Under the pieces are notes generated by a model, which was given only the letters and a program-made list of their open reading frames with translations, was not told the DNA's origin and searched no databases. From contig NC_134027.1 of NCBI RefSeq assembly GCF_964204645.1, positions 14,168,485-14,232,484 of the forward strand: DNA of 64,000 nucleotides. Reading direction: 5' to 3'. The stretch's first letter is position 1. Each line of letters begins with the position of its first letter. This DNA is from Tubulanus polymorphus. Its lineage: Eukaryota > Animalia > Nemertea. The position numbers and the translations under genes were made by a program. Shown piece after piece: positions 51,553 through 64,000 of the stretch.

Positions 51553-53458
51553 ACCCCCCCCCCCCCTGACCTTTACCGGTCGAAAAGGAAGACAACAAAA
51601 TTTTCCAATATAAACTCACTTTTATTTGGAGATCGAGTAGAGAATACATGTTATTTATAACTTCTCCAACGCTTTTTTACAGAATTCGCAGTCCTCGCGA
51701 TAGTTGAATGTCGTCGGATCGCCGTAAAAAGTGGCACCATCGTCACAATGCACGATTCCGAACTGTGTTTCTGTTTGTACCGCCTTGTTGATGCGCATTA
51801 TAATGATGTTTCGAGGTACTGCTACACGCTTCGCGGCGCTGGCTTCTTAGTCAGCACATCTAAAACACATGGTTTCGGCCGGAAACGCTGCGGCATGGTC
51901 GGAACTTTCACTCTGCTCTGCTTCACCACTTCGTCGATAACCTTTTCTAAGTGTCCGACGACGGCACCGGTGTCTGGCGATTCCTTTCGATGCGGTCTCC
52001 ACCTCGAGACTTCGTTTTTCTCTACGGGAGCGGGGTCGGGATTCTTCTCGGTCGGTGGATCACGTCTCTCTGTGCTGACCTTCTTCTTGGGGGACCAACT
52101 GGATAAAACTAAAGATGACGTTGAAGAAGAAGACGACGATGAGCTGTGGCGTCTCCAGCGTCTCTTATGCCTACGGCCGTGACTTTCAAGCTCGCGCTTA
52201 GAATCATGGCTTCGGCTTCGCCTTTCCTTTGAGCTGGGCGACCGCTTTCTCTTCATACACCACCTGGCTTTATGAAGCCACGAATCCCGATGCAACATGT
52301 CGCGAGGCTCTATTAGCCATAGTAACAAACGGTAACTGGAGGTCTCAGTCATCCTTGCTCGACTCAATTATGAGCGTTAACTCCAACAACGGGGTACGAT
52401 GAAACCTTTCTACGAGACCGTCGGACTACGGTTGGTAAGCTGTAGTGCGAGTTTGCTGGATCGCCAGCACTTCTCTAAATAACTTCAACATAAAGTTGCT
52501 CCCCTGATCAGAATGCAGAAACTCAGGAATACCTAGTCGGGCAAAGAACTCCCGCGTCAATAAATCGGCAATGGTTGAGGCCTCTTTATTGGGAACAGGG
52601 AAGGCCTCCACCCACTTGGTGAAGTAATCGGCTACTACCAACACGGCCACATTTCCCCGTTCCGTTACCGGGAGATTTTCGAAGATATCCAGAGCTACCT
52701 GTTGCATCGGATAACCAACTACGGAAGGCTGCAATGGAAATCGGTGACGTTCAGTGGGATTCTTACCCGCTAAACGCTCCTGACACTGCCGGCACCACAA
52801 TCTCACATCAAACTCAATCTCCCACTAAAAGTATCATGCATGAACATTAGTCAACGTACGTTTTATCCCGAAATGACCGGAAGTTGGAGAACCATGAAAA
52901 TGCTGTAAGCCTTCAACTCTTCGACTAATACGGTCGCATTGGGGGCATTCTCTGCGAGAAAGCGCGTCAGCATTCCCATGATTACGCCCCGGTCTGTGCT
53001 CAATTTCATAATCGTAACTATCAATGACGGATATCCATCTCGCAACTTGTCCGTCAGGTTCCTTAAACGATGTAAGCCAACGTAAGGAGGCGTGATCGGT
53101 TCACAAACTAAACTTCCGCCCCCACAAGTAATGACGGAAGTGTTTCATGAATGTGACTACAGCTAGCAATTGCGCTCCTCCTTCGACAATGATTTACTGG
53201 CATAAGATATGACCCTCTCCATACTATCCTGAACTTGCGACAACACGCCACCAATTCCAGAGGCGCTGGCATCCGTGTCAAGAATAAACTGCAATTCCGG
53301 ACGAGGATATGCCAACACCGGAGCAGATATCAGGCATTCAGTTTACTGAATGCTTCTTGACACGCTAGTGTCCAAACAAACGCATGATTCTTCTCTGTAA
53401 GCCGATGCAGGGGCTTGGCAATAGTAGCGAACCCTGGACAAAACGACCTATAGTATGA

Positions 53459-53653
53459 GAGGCGCAGTGGCCGAGTGGGTTAAGCGCCGGTCACTGGTCT
53501 CGTCAATCCAGGGTTTATGGGTTCAAACCCTGGTGGCGACAGAGTTTCTTGGTCGAAGGTTCTTCTCTGGTCTCTCTCCCATTGGGAAAAAGAAACATCG
53601 AACCCGCTTATAATGCCCTGTGTGGCGCTTAGCGGGTTGAGGGAAAAAACCAA
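53459..53653 (+). mobile_element. tRNA-derived SINE inserted in Gypsy pol
   Basis: A box tggccgagtgg, B box ggttcaaacc, 3' stem aacccgct..agcgggtt; removal restores GLA|SYYR. Confidence 0.9.
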
Positions 53654-54073
53654 TGCCAATCCCATGAACGATCTCACAGCTGTGACGCAGTCTGGTATCG
53701 GCCAATCCCTAACGGCACTTATCTTTTCAGGATCACAAGATATTCCGGATTCCGACGCTACATGACCTAGGTATCGAACTGACAAGCGAAAGAAGTCCCA
53801 CTTCTTTGGCTTAAGTTTCATGCCGGCTTTCCTAAATCGCTTGAATACAGCACGCAGATTCTCAATGGTAGAGTCTAAACTATTACCGAACACGATGTCA
53901 TCGTCCAGGTAGACGAGACATATTTCATATTGGAGACACGATAACACGTTCTCCATCAGCCACTCGAAAGTGGAGCTGGCATTACACAGGCCAAACGGCA
54001 CCTAACAAAACTGGAATAGACCACTGCGCACAACAAACGCCGACTTCTCTTTTGCATCGTCATCCATTTCTAC

Positions 54074-55004
54074 GGGTGTTCGAACTTCGCTGAATCACTG
54101 AATCGCTGAATTTTATGTTAATCATCATTTCTTTTAATTTTACTGACTTTTTCAAGCAATTGTTAAACAAATAATGTATGATAAATAATAAATCATATAA
54201 GTGGTGCCATATTTGACGATAGTACGCTTTTAGAGCAAGATAAAAACGCTTTGCAGACGCGCGCCAGGACCAAAATGTAAGTTTATTTTTATTACATCCA
54301 GCATTCAACAATTTTATTTCTGCTGGTACGTCAAATAAAATTTTATGTTATCATAAAATAAAGTACCTGTATTCATAGGTTTTTTAGTATTTCTGTCTTT
54401 TTTGCTGGAAGGTTTAGGAAATTTGGTTCGGCCTTGGTACTACACGTATGAGTTATTATATTTATGCGTGGTAATATTCTCAGGTGAATAAGCCGAATGG
54501 GGGTCCACAGAGCGAATCCCTACAAAGCTGTAAGGTTAAAACTCACGCAGAATCATATGTGATCATTTTCGATTAAACAGTTGTTGTTTTAATGGGAATT
54601 CCTCTGTTGAATTTATCACATGTAACACTACCGATCGGCGATACGACTCTTGCTTAAATATTGCCTTTTCTTCACAGAGAAAATGGTTCTCACCGCTCGA
54701 AAGCCACGGTTATACATGTATCTGTATCAGTTTCTATTGTAGTACCGGTGATCATCGCCGAAGGCGTTACCGCTGTCCGCACAATACTACGTCCGTTACC
54801 GTAGTCCACCTAACTAGATTTTTTTTCGAATATGTAACGAAATTTCTCATTAAATCGATCAAATAATTAATTGTCTTTAAAATATGTAAGATTTACGTAG
54901 ATTCAGCGTATTTAAGAATAAATTCAATGATTCAGCGAAATTAATATAATAATCAGCGGTTCAGCGATTCAGTGATTTAGTGATTCAGCGAAGTTCGAAC
55001 ACCC
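54074..55004. mobile_element. Non-autonomous TIR element with 8-9-bp TSD (MULE- or hAT-like) in Gypsy RT
   Basis: 26-bp TIR gggtgttcgaacttcgctgaatcact; TSD catttctac/tatttctac. Confidence 0.85.
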
Positions 55005-56336
55005 TATTTCTACCTACCAAAAACCGCTGGCCATGTCCATGACGCAGAAGTACTTGGCACCAGACAAGGATCGCAAAGAGTAATCGATGCAAGGTAGAGG
55101 ATAAGCATCTTTAACGGTCACTTCGTTCAAAGGACGATAATCAATGCAATACCGCATTGATCCATCCTTCTTGGTCACCAGCACGACAGGACTTGCCCAA
55201 GGGCTACAAGAAGGCTCGACTACTCCTTTCTCTAACATAACCTACGAGGCCTCTACCTGACAGGATGGGCATTGCCAGTGTCTATAGTGTGCTCAACAAC
55301 TTTCGCACAACCTAGGTCCATATCCGCTTGTACAAATATATCAGCATACTCAAGTATGACCTTTCGGATTTTAGATCTATCCTGAGCACCGAAGCCCTCA
55401 CAACTACGACGAATCAGGTGTTCTAAATACTCGGGAGTGTCGCTCTCTTGATGTGTTACGGAAGCACTATCGTTATTAAGGCACAAACTGCACAACTCTT
55501 AACAGGAGCAAGAATACCAAGAACACATCCTTGATGTACGGTGATTGAATGTTGGAAGAATTCAACGATCTGACAGGAAAACTCTTGGTGTCTATCACAC
55601 ACTTTCCAACAAGGAGATCACTATTGACATGTCTCGAAGGACACGCTTCGACTACACCCCACTTGCTATTTACCGATGGGTCAACGGCCAATGGGAAAGG
55701 ATCACTTCACTACGAGCAGGAATCACCGTCCTAGACGACGCTACGACCAGGTTATCCCCCGAGTCTTTGTTGAATCTACGGGAGTCAAATATCTGACCAT
55801 TCTTGAAAACGATAGAACGTTGAATATCTCACAGTCAAAATAAGAAAGGAAATCCATACCAAGAATCACCTCCTCATTGACATCTGCCACAACAAAATTC
55901 CATGACATCGGTTGTTCAAACAACACAAACTCAGCTTCAGCCTGACCGAATACGGGTATAGGCTGGTGACTGGAACATCTGACAGCGGCGACAAATATGA
56001 ACTAAGATCCTTATAACACTTAACGCTCAAGATGGAAGTAACTGCTCCGGTGTCTACTAGACACTGAAGAGTTTGTGGACCCATTTTCATAGGTATCCAT
56101 ATGGGCGTAATTGATGATTCTCGACTATATTCGTAATTGGAACAGACTTCTGAAGCTGGGAGGTGCGGGAACTCAGCAGAACGTACTCCCTCTTGTCCTG
56201 CCACGTGGCGTGTCCCTGTTCCAGAGGACAAAACTTCTTGATGTGGCCCCTGACATTACAGCTATGACAACTAACCTCTCTTGGCCCACTTTTCCATTGT
56301 GACTTAGACAATGGGTGATTTTAAAGTAGGTGTTAA

Positions 56337-57540
56337 AGGGGTCATGAAGAGGTTTTTGAGATATGGCTAAAAGTATTTTTTGTCATCAATTATACCCTAT
56401 TTATTGATTTAGTGGTCAAGAAATTAATTTCTAATTCTTCAATTAGTGTTGAAATGAGACTTTTGATCGGCCGCGCTGATTCCTTCCCAACCCGGAAGTG
56501 TGACGTCATTCTGAGAACCCAAATAGTGTATAGAAACGGGTGATACTGACAGCGATTAAAGTGCAAAATAGTGACTCAAATACATCAGATTCCAATCAAA
56601 CATCGATGTTTACGAAGCCAACAGTTGTTATTAATAGACAGTCAAAATTATTCCATTGTATTTGGAGCGGATGCCTCAGAACGAAGGAATTTGTGACTAT
56701 AGTACAGCATATTTCTACGTCGTGGAGCAGCGAGCATTCATCGTCATTAAGTCATTCCCTCTGTAAAAACCACGCCGAGGGGATGACTGATATTTCTGTG
56801 GGTAGAGATATTTTCATCCAGTACTCGACCATAAAAGCGTCCTGAAACCGTAAACTTGTTTGTGAATCCCAACCCAGCCTGCGCCATCCCGGCCGTGTAA
56901 TAGTAATGTGTGCTGCATGCATACAGTCAGTATGTTGTACATACTACAGCGATGTGGGTCACTGGGGAAAGCCAGTACTATATGCAGTGGAAAGCGCGCA
57001 TCTCTTACTACGTATTTAATTCGCGAAAATAGCGTCACTTGGCAGAATAAAAGGCTCTAAGATAATAAAAACATAAGTTTTGTGTATCCAAGTTTATGTG
57101 TGCCGTAATATTTGCGAGAATCCTTCTCTGAAGTGTGAAGCTGGTTTACACCATAGGCCGGGTGTTTTCGCTCTTATGGTCCATCATCTTAGGGCCAAAT
57201 CTTTTGGTTTTGGCCACTAAAATTTGTCGCTGCCTTTGTGGGAACAGTTCATAGGAATTTCGAAAGACTGTAAAATTAGCGCGATATTCAATGAAAATGA
57301 GCGTTGTATAATAACGCTTCTGAGTGTGCTGCAGGCGATGTGTTCTCAGAATGACGTCATCAACATCACCGCGCAAACGCCAGCGTCCTGTTGCTAGGGC
57401 CGTTGCTACAGGCTTTTCTCGAGTTTGGATAAAGATATTAAAAAAATTTTTTCACGAGACTACCATAGATGCATACGGTAAATATTTTATACAAAAAAAA
57501 ATTAGATTTAAAGTTTTTTCAAAACCTCTTCATGACCCCT
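56337..57540. mobile_element. Non-autonomous Kolobok element
   Basis: TTAA|aggggtcatgaagaggtttt ... aaaacctcttcatgacccct|TTAA, a 20-bp perfect TIR with purine termini. Confidence 0.85.
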
Positions 57541-58026
57541 TTAACACTGAGTGTTAATACTTACACTAACACTAACAACCGAGTTATCATCAGAAATAAA
57601 CTGCCCACTCGGTGTTGGTGTTTACAAAGAATGTTAGTGTGATCAACGGTGTTAGTGTTCCAGGTAGTGTTAGTGTTACATTAACACTGACCTTAATATC
57701 AAGGCAATGTTATCTTGGTAAAAATTTCAATTGCAACTAACACTAACCTCTAGGCGTTAACACCAACGTCAGTTTATGGCTCTAACAAAGTGTTAGCAGC
57801 CATTTTCTTCTGAAATTTTGCTAAGTGAAACAAAATGATCTTTGTTCCATTTCAAGAAGTTGTTGCTGGTATTTTAAATGTTAGAGGGCCAAATCTTGTT
57901 CGTCGAGCTGCGTTCAGCACAGAGCAACCCGAGAAACACTTAAGGTTGTTAGAATTTCAATTGCAGTAGATATCTGTTGAATTTCATAACCACAGGGTTG
58001 CAAATGGATTACAAGGTGCCTCCTTT

Positions 58027-58374
58027 CTATCCCCACAAAGACGAATGGACATTTTTTGTCATACCTTGCTTCAGGAGGCTATTATAGGCAGCATGCCTAC
58101 AGTTATGGTGTGGCCACTTGTACTGCTCACCATCTGTCCCCATGCCAGATTTCTTTAACTCTTTCATGACGTCTCTGTAGTCCTGTCCCAAGTTTTTTAT
58201 CAGATTATCCACCACCTTTGACTCAGTACCAAGATCACTGGCCACTTGTTCATAAACCTCAGCTGACCAGCCATGCTTTTTTAAAGCTAAGAACTGTTTG
58301 TGTCTTTCAATCATACCATTCAGGACCTTCTCCATTTTGGCAGTTGTCCAATTAAATCTCTTTGGTGCACTCAT
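58027..58374 (-). CDS. Myb/SANT-like (trihelix) DNA-binding protein of the Harbinger-group element, probably truncated
   Basis: RFNWTTAKMEKVL...VYEQVASDLG...VDNLIKNLGQDYR...KSGMG...KWPH. Confidence 0.75.
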   Translation of the reverse strand: MSAPKRFNWTTAKMEKVLNGMIERHKQFLALKKHGWSAEVYEQVASDLGTESKVVDNLIKNLGQDYRDVMKELKKSGMGTDGEQYKWPHHNCRHAAYNSLLKQGMTKNVHSSLWG

Positions 58375-59692
58375 ACCAAAATCTAAATAAAAGCACTTGT
58401 TCTGAAGTTAACATTTAGTTGTACTTGATTATTTAACCTGGCTTATAGGTTGAAGTTATATTCCTTAGAAGGAGGCAGGGCATACCTTTTCTCAAAACGA
58501 AATCCCCCGAAATATGTATAAGGTGTAGCATGCAGTAACTACAAAGAATGTTCCTGCTCAGCTGTAGGCTAGGTGATAGATGCATGAGATGTGACTGCAG
58601 TGCATGCATGCAGTGAAGAGATTCAAGGAATCATGTTTCCAGGAAACTCATGAGCTGCTGGTCACAGTACTGATTGATCACTGGCATTGTTTTTTGTTAT
58701 GGAAAAACATGCCTAGATTGGTGAAATAAGATTTTTATTTACCTTCTGCCACTGATGATGTTAATCCCTCCTTGATGATAAAATCAGGCTGATCTTGACA
58801 CTAACAACGGTGTTAACATCAGTGTTAACACCAACACCAGTGTTAGTGTTAACACAACACCGGTTGTTAAGGGGTAGATATTAACACTAACACTAACAAC
58901 CAACACTAACACCAACACCGACTTAAAAATCACCCAGTGAATTAGTCAGCTGAGCCACTTGTACTTTCAGCTTTTCCAACTCAGAATCACCGCCCGATTT
59001 CTCAGAGACACTTTTCAAGCGACCACCTGCTAGCCGGTCGGCTTCTAACTTAGTATACCCTTCTAACTCGACGGCTAGAGTGACGAGATCGACGAGTGCT
59101 TTACTCTTGCTCATGAATAATTTCATTCTAAGCTCACTGTCATCTAGAGCATCGAGAAAATGAGTGCGCAACAATTTGTCTTTTTGGAACATGTCCATGC
59201 CAGGATAAGCTCGGTTACGTAATGTAATCAAGGCTTGCCCTAACTCTCTGAAACTTTCATTTCTCTTCCTGTGCCTATTCCGTAATTTGGCCAAAAATAG
59301 CTCAGACTGGTGGCTAGCACCAAACCTATTTTGCAACGCCTGGACTAAACATGTGAAATCTCTCTGATCGGAACACGGTAGAGAACAGGCAAGCTGCCTA
59401 GCAGGGCCCTTTAGATGTGTAAACAACATAGCAGCCCTCATGGACTCATTCCAATGATTTATCTCTGCTGCTATGCAAACATCTGGAAATAATCTTCCCA
59501 TGCACCATCGCCGCTAAAACACTTGAGGTCGACAGCCCTAAACTTTGGTCTCACTTCTAAGAAATCTCCTCTATCTGCAATACCTAGAGACGGCCCAACA
59601 GAATTGGCAGACGCACTGCCAGATAGACACCTCGCTCACTCACAGAGCGATATCTACTGACGTTGATGTGACTATCCTCTTATGTGGCTACC

Positions 59693-59953
59693 GGGTGACG
59701 TCACATTCATAAACAACTCGCACGTGGCATCTGGTTCGGCTCAACCTGATACTAAATGATACTATACTCCACAAATCAACGCTCCCCAAATCCGACCCGA
59801 CGCATCAGGGAAATGGGTAAGAATGCCACAAATCGCACGTCCACTAGGTTTTCGTCATGACTCCAAAAAGGAAGGCAACTCAGAATATGCCCACGAGGCT
59901 CATGGTATAACTAAATATCGACACAAACTGACGTAGTACTGACGCCTGAAATT
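59693..59953 (-). repeat. Remnant of the Gypsy 5' LTR (U3 end only)
   Basis: ~260-bp direct repeat of 51278-51542; R/U5/PBS apparently deleted. Confidence 0.85.
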
Positions 59954-60934
59954 GGTGGTGACTCAATGCTGACTTCATTTTCGTAAATCTCTTTAACTAT
60001 CCGAATGAACTGTTTATATAAGCGACTTTGGTCGACATCGCCTACTTTCACAATTATATTGATTGATGAAGCATTTTTGTAATCTGATGCAAGTCTACAA
60101 AAATTTAAAAATGCAGCTGGAATAGCTTTCTTCGACTTAGTGCCTGTAAAATTGAAATAGAAAGTCTTTTACAAATCCTTTTAAAAGGTCATCTTTAGTG
60201 TAAGATTAAAAATTGTCTCTTCGCCTCGGCCCAGTCTCTGCTTCCAGTGACATTGACGAATTTTGACCTGACCATGGTTGAAAATAAACAGTTGTTTTTC
60301 AGCAAGATTTTACATGTACGGCATGTTACTTTGGGGTACTTTGGTGCAGTTAAGACAAAAGGCTCTGCATAAAAAAATGATGATTATTGTTAATCAATAT
60401 TGACTGGTCTGATTCGTGAATATGGTAGGCGTAGTCTACTTGTGCAACAAGTTGCAAACGGGTATTTCGTTAAAATGGGGGGGGGGTGCTTCGTAAAAAC
60501 CGGCTTAGGTCACCATTGCAATTGCAAGCAACAAACATAATTATCGTAATCAGTAATAGTACATAGTGAACAAAAACATACTATTTCTGATTATGATGAT
60601 TATGTTTGTTATTACCATTGATATGACCATTATTATTGGAAGTATCAATTCCAACACCTGGGCTGCGTTTTTCAAAGCTTTGTACAGAGACAAAGAAACA
60701 AAATTTTTTTTTTTTCATAATCATGGTTGCATGGTCACTGATGGTGGTAATGATATATCTAATTTAGTTATTTAATTGAAAAAAGGGCACCTAGCTAACA
60801 TGGTTTTTTGCTTGAAATTGACTGGTGCATGTTGGGGAACACTATACAAGGCGATTCAACAAAATCGTGGTTAAAATTGCCTAGTGTTCAGTTTTTAGAA
60901 AAACACTTTTTCACTGTGAAAACCCTTACGAAAA

Positions 60935-61250
60935 ATTCACACATGTGAAATGGTAAAAACACGCGTGAATCCTGAAATAACACATGTGAAATTGAATTCA
61001 CACGTGTAAATTCTTTAACTACATGTGTGAAATCAAATTCACACGTGTGAATTTGTTAACTACACATGTGAAATCAAATTCACACGTGTGAATTTTTTAA
61101 CTATGCATGGCAAATCTTATTCACACGTGTGATTTCTTTAACTAAGTGTGTGAAATCGAATTCGCATGCGTAGTTTTACCAGCTACACATGTGAAAATCA
61201 ATTCACATGCGTAATTTCTCAAACTACTCGTATGGAAATAGATTCACATC
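60935..61250. repeat. 41-bp tandem repeat (~7 copies) rich in CACGTG/CACATGTG palindromes
   Basis: tgtgaaatcaaattcacacgtgtgaatttgttaactacaca; unit starts at 61026 and 61067. Confidence 0.85.
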
Positions 61251-62301
61251 AGAGTAAGTCCCATGTCTATTAAATAGACTTGCCTAATTTCATATTACTT
61301 CTAAGACTTTCTACATCAGCTTTTTATGTCCGAAGTCAATGTCTTTAGAGCCAATGTCATCAGATCCATAACATATACCATTTTTCTTAGAAAAAGCCAT
61401 CATCAATGGAACAAATTGAAAAGGTAAAAATACCCAATGATTCAAAGTAGGTTAAAATCCCCACTTCATGATTTGAAAAGAACATTTTATAGCAAAATTC
61501 TATAATCATTTTTTAGAAAAATTAGTATAGAAAATGGATAGAATGTGAAAAATATTCTGCTTCAAAATCGTTAATTTGGGATTTGTACAATTTGAATAAT
61601 CCTGGATTCTTGCCTATTATTCATTGAGGGGATTAATAACGATATATGTTTTAAAATTAAACAGGACAATTTTTCCACAGAAGGCCTAATTAAGTCAATG
61701 AGATTTGGTTCAGTAATATACAAAATGTACAGATAATTAATAGGAAATAACATGCTCCTTCATCCATTAGAAATCAAGTTAACTATATCAAAATGCTGAG
61801 TCAATTCGGGGTATTTTCCTATTGAAAAAGGGACAGATCTTGAATATGAAGTATCTGGGTATCTGGATAAATAATTTGAGAATGGATTAATTTCAATTTT
61901 AAAAAACCTCAACCCAAATTTTTTGACACTGACTGTGAAGGGCACTTTGAAAATTTAAAGTTCGCTGGCTACCCCCGAACCCCCACTCGACATGGGCCTG
62001 GGTCGGCGCTTGTAAATCGCCTTGCCGAGTGTCTCTGGAATTCTCCAGGATTCGAAAACCTCTGCGATGATGCCGACCAGTGCGTTTGTTATAAATTTGC
62101 TCCCATTTTCTACTCGTTTAGTCGACACTCTTCGCAAATAAATGTCTACTTAAACTCTAGTTATGGACACAAAACCAATCTTAGGACAAAATATACATTA
62201 GCACAATCGCAGTGAATACAAAGACCTAGAATGCTGTAATGCTGTCGAGGGGGAGTTTGACACTCCGCCGATTTTAGTATGATGAAATAAATTGAAATAT
62301 G

Positions 62302-63847
62302 AAAATATAGCTGCAAAGCAGCGACAAAAGGTTTCTGCCTTGCTGGTTTAAATGTCACATTCGCCAGCGCACAAAGATTTCCCCAATTCTTATAATAATT
62401 CTTATCAGTTTAAAACGTACGACTTTTTTGAAGAAGCGTGGGGGTACTCGCGGTACTAGGGCTACCAAACGAAAAGTTCTGATGTACCTTTTTTGTTGCT
62501 TTCATAGTTCTGTTGAGAGTTGCATGAACTAATCAATCGTACCTGTTGCCATATGGCACATGCGTGTATATGTACTTATACCATGTTTCTGATGTGATCC
62601 AGCTTTGCAACTGAACTAAATCATGTGTACTCAATAAATGTTAATTGATTTCAACATGCATTTGTAAAGCATTTTGATAATATCACATCACTAAAGATCT
62701 TGATTTGTTCTATTAAGAACTCTGAATCTTAATCTGATAGGTTGATGTGCTGAACAAAAAACAGAGAATATATCACTGTTAATTGTAAAATTGTTAAAAT
62801 CGATAAAATTGTGTTGAAATATATCAAAACATACATATGTAGATCACTGATATATCACTATTATCAATATTATTATGTATTAAATCTATTCTGGTCCTGG
62901 GCCGCTGTTGATACTAGATTTTAAGGACTTCTAAATCCATACTAAAAAAAGTAATGGACAACAAACCTAGTGAAAGTTTATGCAGCCGAATAAACTGAGT
63001 AGTCACTTCGTTATTAGAATCAAACACAATTTGTATTCTCTCCACTAGTATTTGCACAACCTGGTTTACGATCAAGCTCAAAACCACTTATGGTCACAAA
63101 CAAATTTTCAATAAGTGTGAAGATTTGTAGACCTACCTCTAATAACAATAAGCCTCTGGACGAAGTTATAATGTGTTTATGGATTACGAAACCATTAACA
63201 AAGCTCAACAGCTGAAAGACAGATGGACATACAGACACATTCCATTGATTCAAAACGTGTATTATATTGTATGGCTGGGCTGTTTGGTGAATAGAACGTT
63301 GTAAGGATATCTACCATGTCGAGAATTACCTGCTTACAATAAAAATCCTGGCTGTAAGAAAATCCATATTTAATATGACCGTACGACCAACACTATTGAA
63401 AACTATAAATAAAATGTCCATAAGCCTATAGAAATAAAAAGGAATGTTAAAATGCGAGCAGAGCCCGGTTTCGATCAGGCGAAATACTGCACGTAAGACC
63501 AGCACGTTGCCCACTGGGCTATAGGGTCTATTCATTTAGCCACTCATAAAGCTATTATATGATAGAACTCAATGTAGCTTAGATATTAGATTCATGCCTA
63601 CATACATTCTTGTTTGCTCTTTTGACATGGTAAAATTCTTTTAAGCAAGATTATTTCATAAAAAATTACTATACACAAATCCGAAATGGTCAGACACTAA
63701 GTTATATTTCTTTCAGAATTGAAAATTTTGTTATAACCTGTTAGTAGTCGAATCTGAGAGGAGTTACGTTTTATTTGTCTCGAAAATGGAAAAGGTTTAA
63801 GTCATGAGAATTACTAGAGGGTTTCTGCGAAGCAGCAGAACCCTAAT
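62302..63847 (-). mobile_element. Probable HINE (both Helentron-type ends present)
   Basis: 62302-62337 is the near reverse complement of the 3' end seen at ~35575-35610 (cagaaa..cgctgctttgcagc.atattt); 63817-63847 is a 5' hairpin head. Confidence 0.6.
63457..63522 (-). pseudogene. tRNA-like remnant / SINE head
   Basis: On -: tagcccagtgg (A box)...gatcgaaacc (B-box-like); stems imperfect. Confidence 0.4.
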
Positions 63848-64000
63848 TACTGCTGTAGCAACACATCTATCTGCATCTATATCCTGTGATCTAAACTGCA
63901 AATATAGTTTTCAATCATTATGGACATTTGCTTTAGCAAAGTCCATTTTGGTATCGCATACAAAACTTTCTTCCTATGGTACAAATTAACTTCCAAACGA

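Larger units (their letters stand above)
56313..58935 (-). mobile_element. PIF/Harbinger-group (Pangu-like, ANT TSD) deletion derivative in Gypsy gag
   Basis: TIR gggtgattttaaagtaggtgtt / aacaccgacttaaaaatcaccc; 3-bp TSD aat/agt; removal restores gag QLTNSL|SKSQWK; dense aacact/gtgttaacac subterminal repeats. Confidence 0.8.
50064..59953 (-). mobile_element. Gypsy/Ty3 LTR retrotransposon, decayed, with four nested insertions
   Basis: gag 59501-58939; CHSCNVRGHIKKFC knuckle; LVDTGA protease; PWASPVVLV..YCIDYR, MPFGLCNA and YLDD (RT); FILDTDAS (RNase H); VALDI..DYFTKWVEAF..HSDQGSNF (integrase). The order PR-RT-RH-IN is Gypsy-type. Confidence 0.95.

Noticed and set aside
56780-57380. THAP domain in the Kolobok element
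   Set aside because: Only a weak FPSDP motif; no C2CH signature could be traced.
50064-59953. DIRS/Ngaro split-repeat retroelement linked to the YR genes
   Set aside because: It has a DDE integrase, protease, PPT and TG..CA LTR, so it is an ordinary Gypsy; the short repeat is a deleted 5' LTR.

Overview
AT-rich animal genomic DNA with spliceosomal introns, probably a non-arthropod marine invertebrate (inferred from TTAGGG-like tracts and Helentron/HINE, Academ and Kolobok elements). The only recognisable host gene is two internal exons of imidazolonepropionase (AMDHD1, 37326-37920, +). Almost everything else is nested mobile DNA. Decayed elements include hAT, EnSpm/CACTA, BEL/Pao, pogo, Academ, Gypsy, a Pangu/Harbinger-like element and a Kolobok, plus many MITEs, HINEs and tRNA-SINEs. 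One piggyBac (19726-23246) looks intact and has introns. The most unusual block is 1-14.4 kb: two different multi-exon tyrosine-recombinase-like genes flank an NRF1/EWG-like DNA-binding-domain gene and a small array of tRNA-like hairpin units. This may be the remnant of a large cargo-carrying YR element (inference). All family assignments come from motif recognition by eye; no database searches were run.
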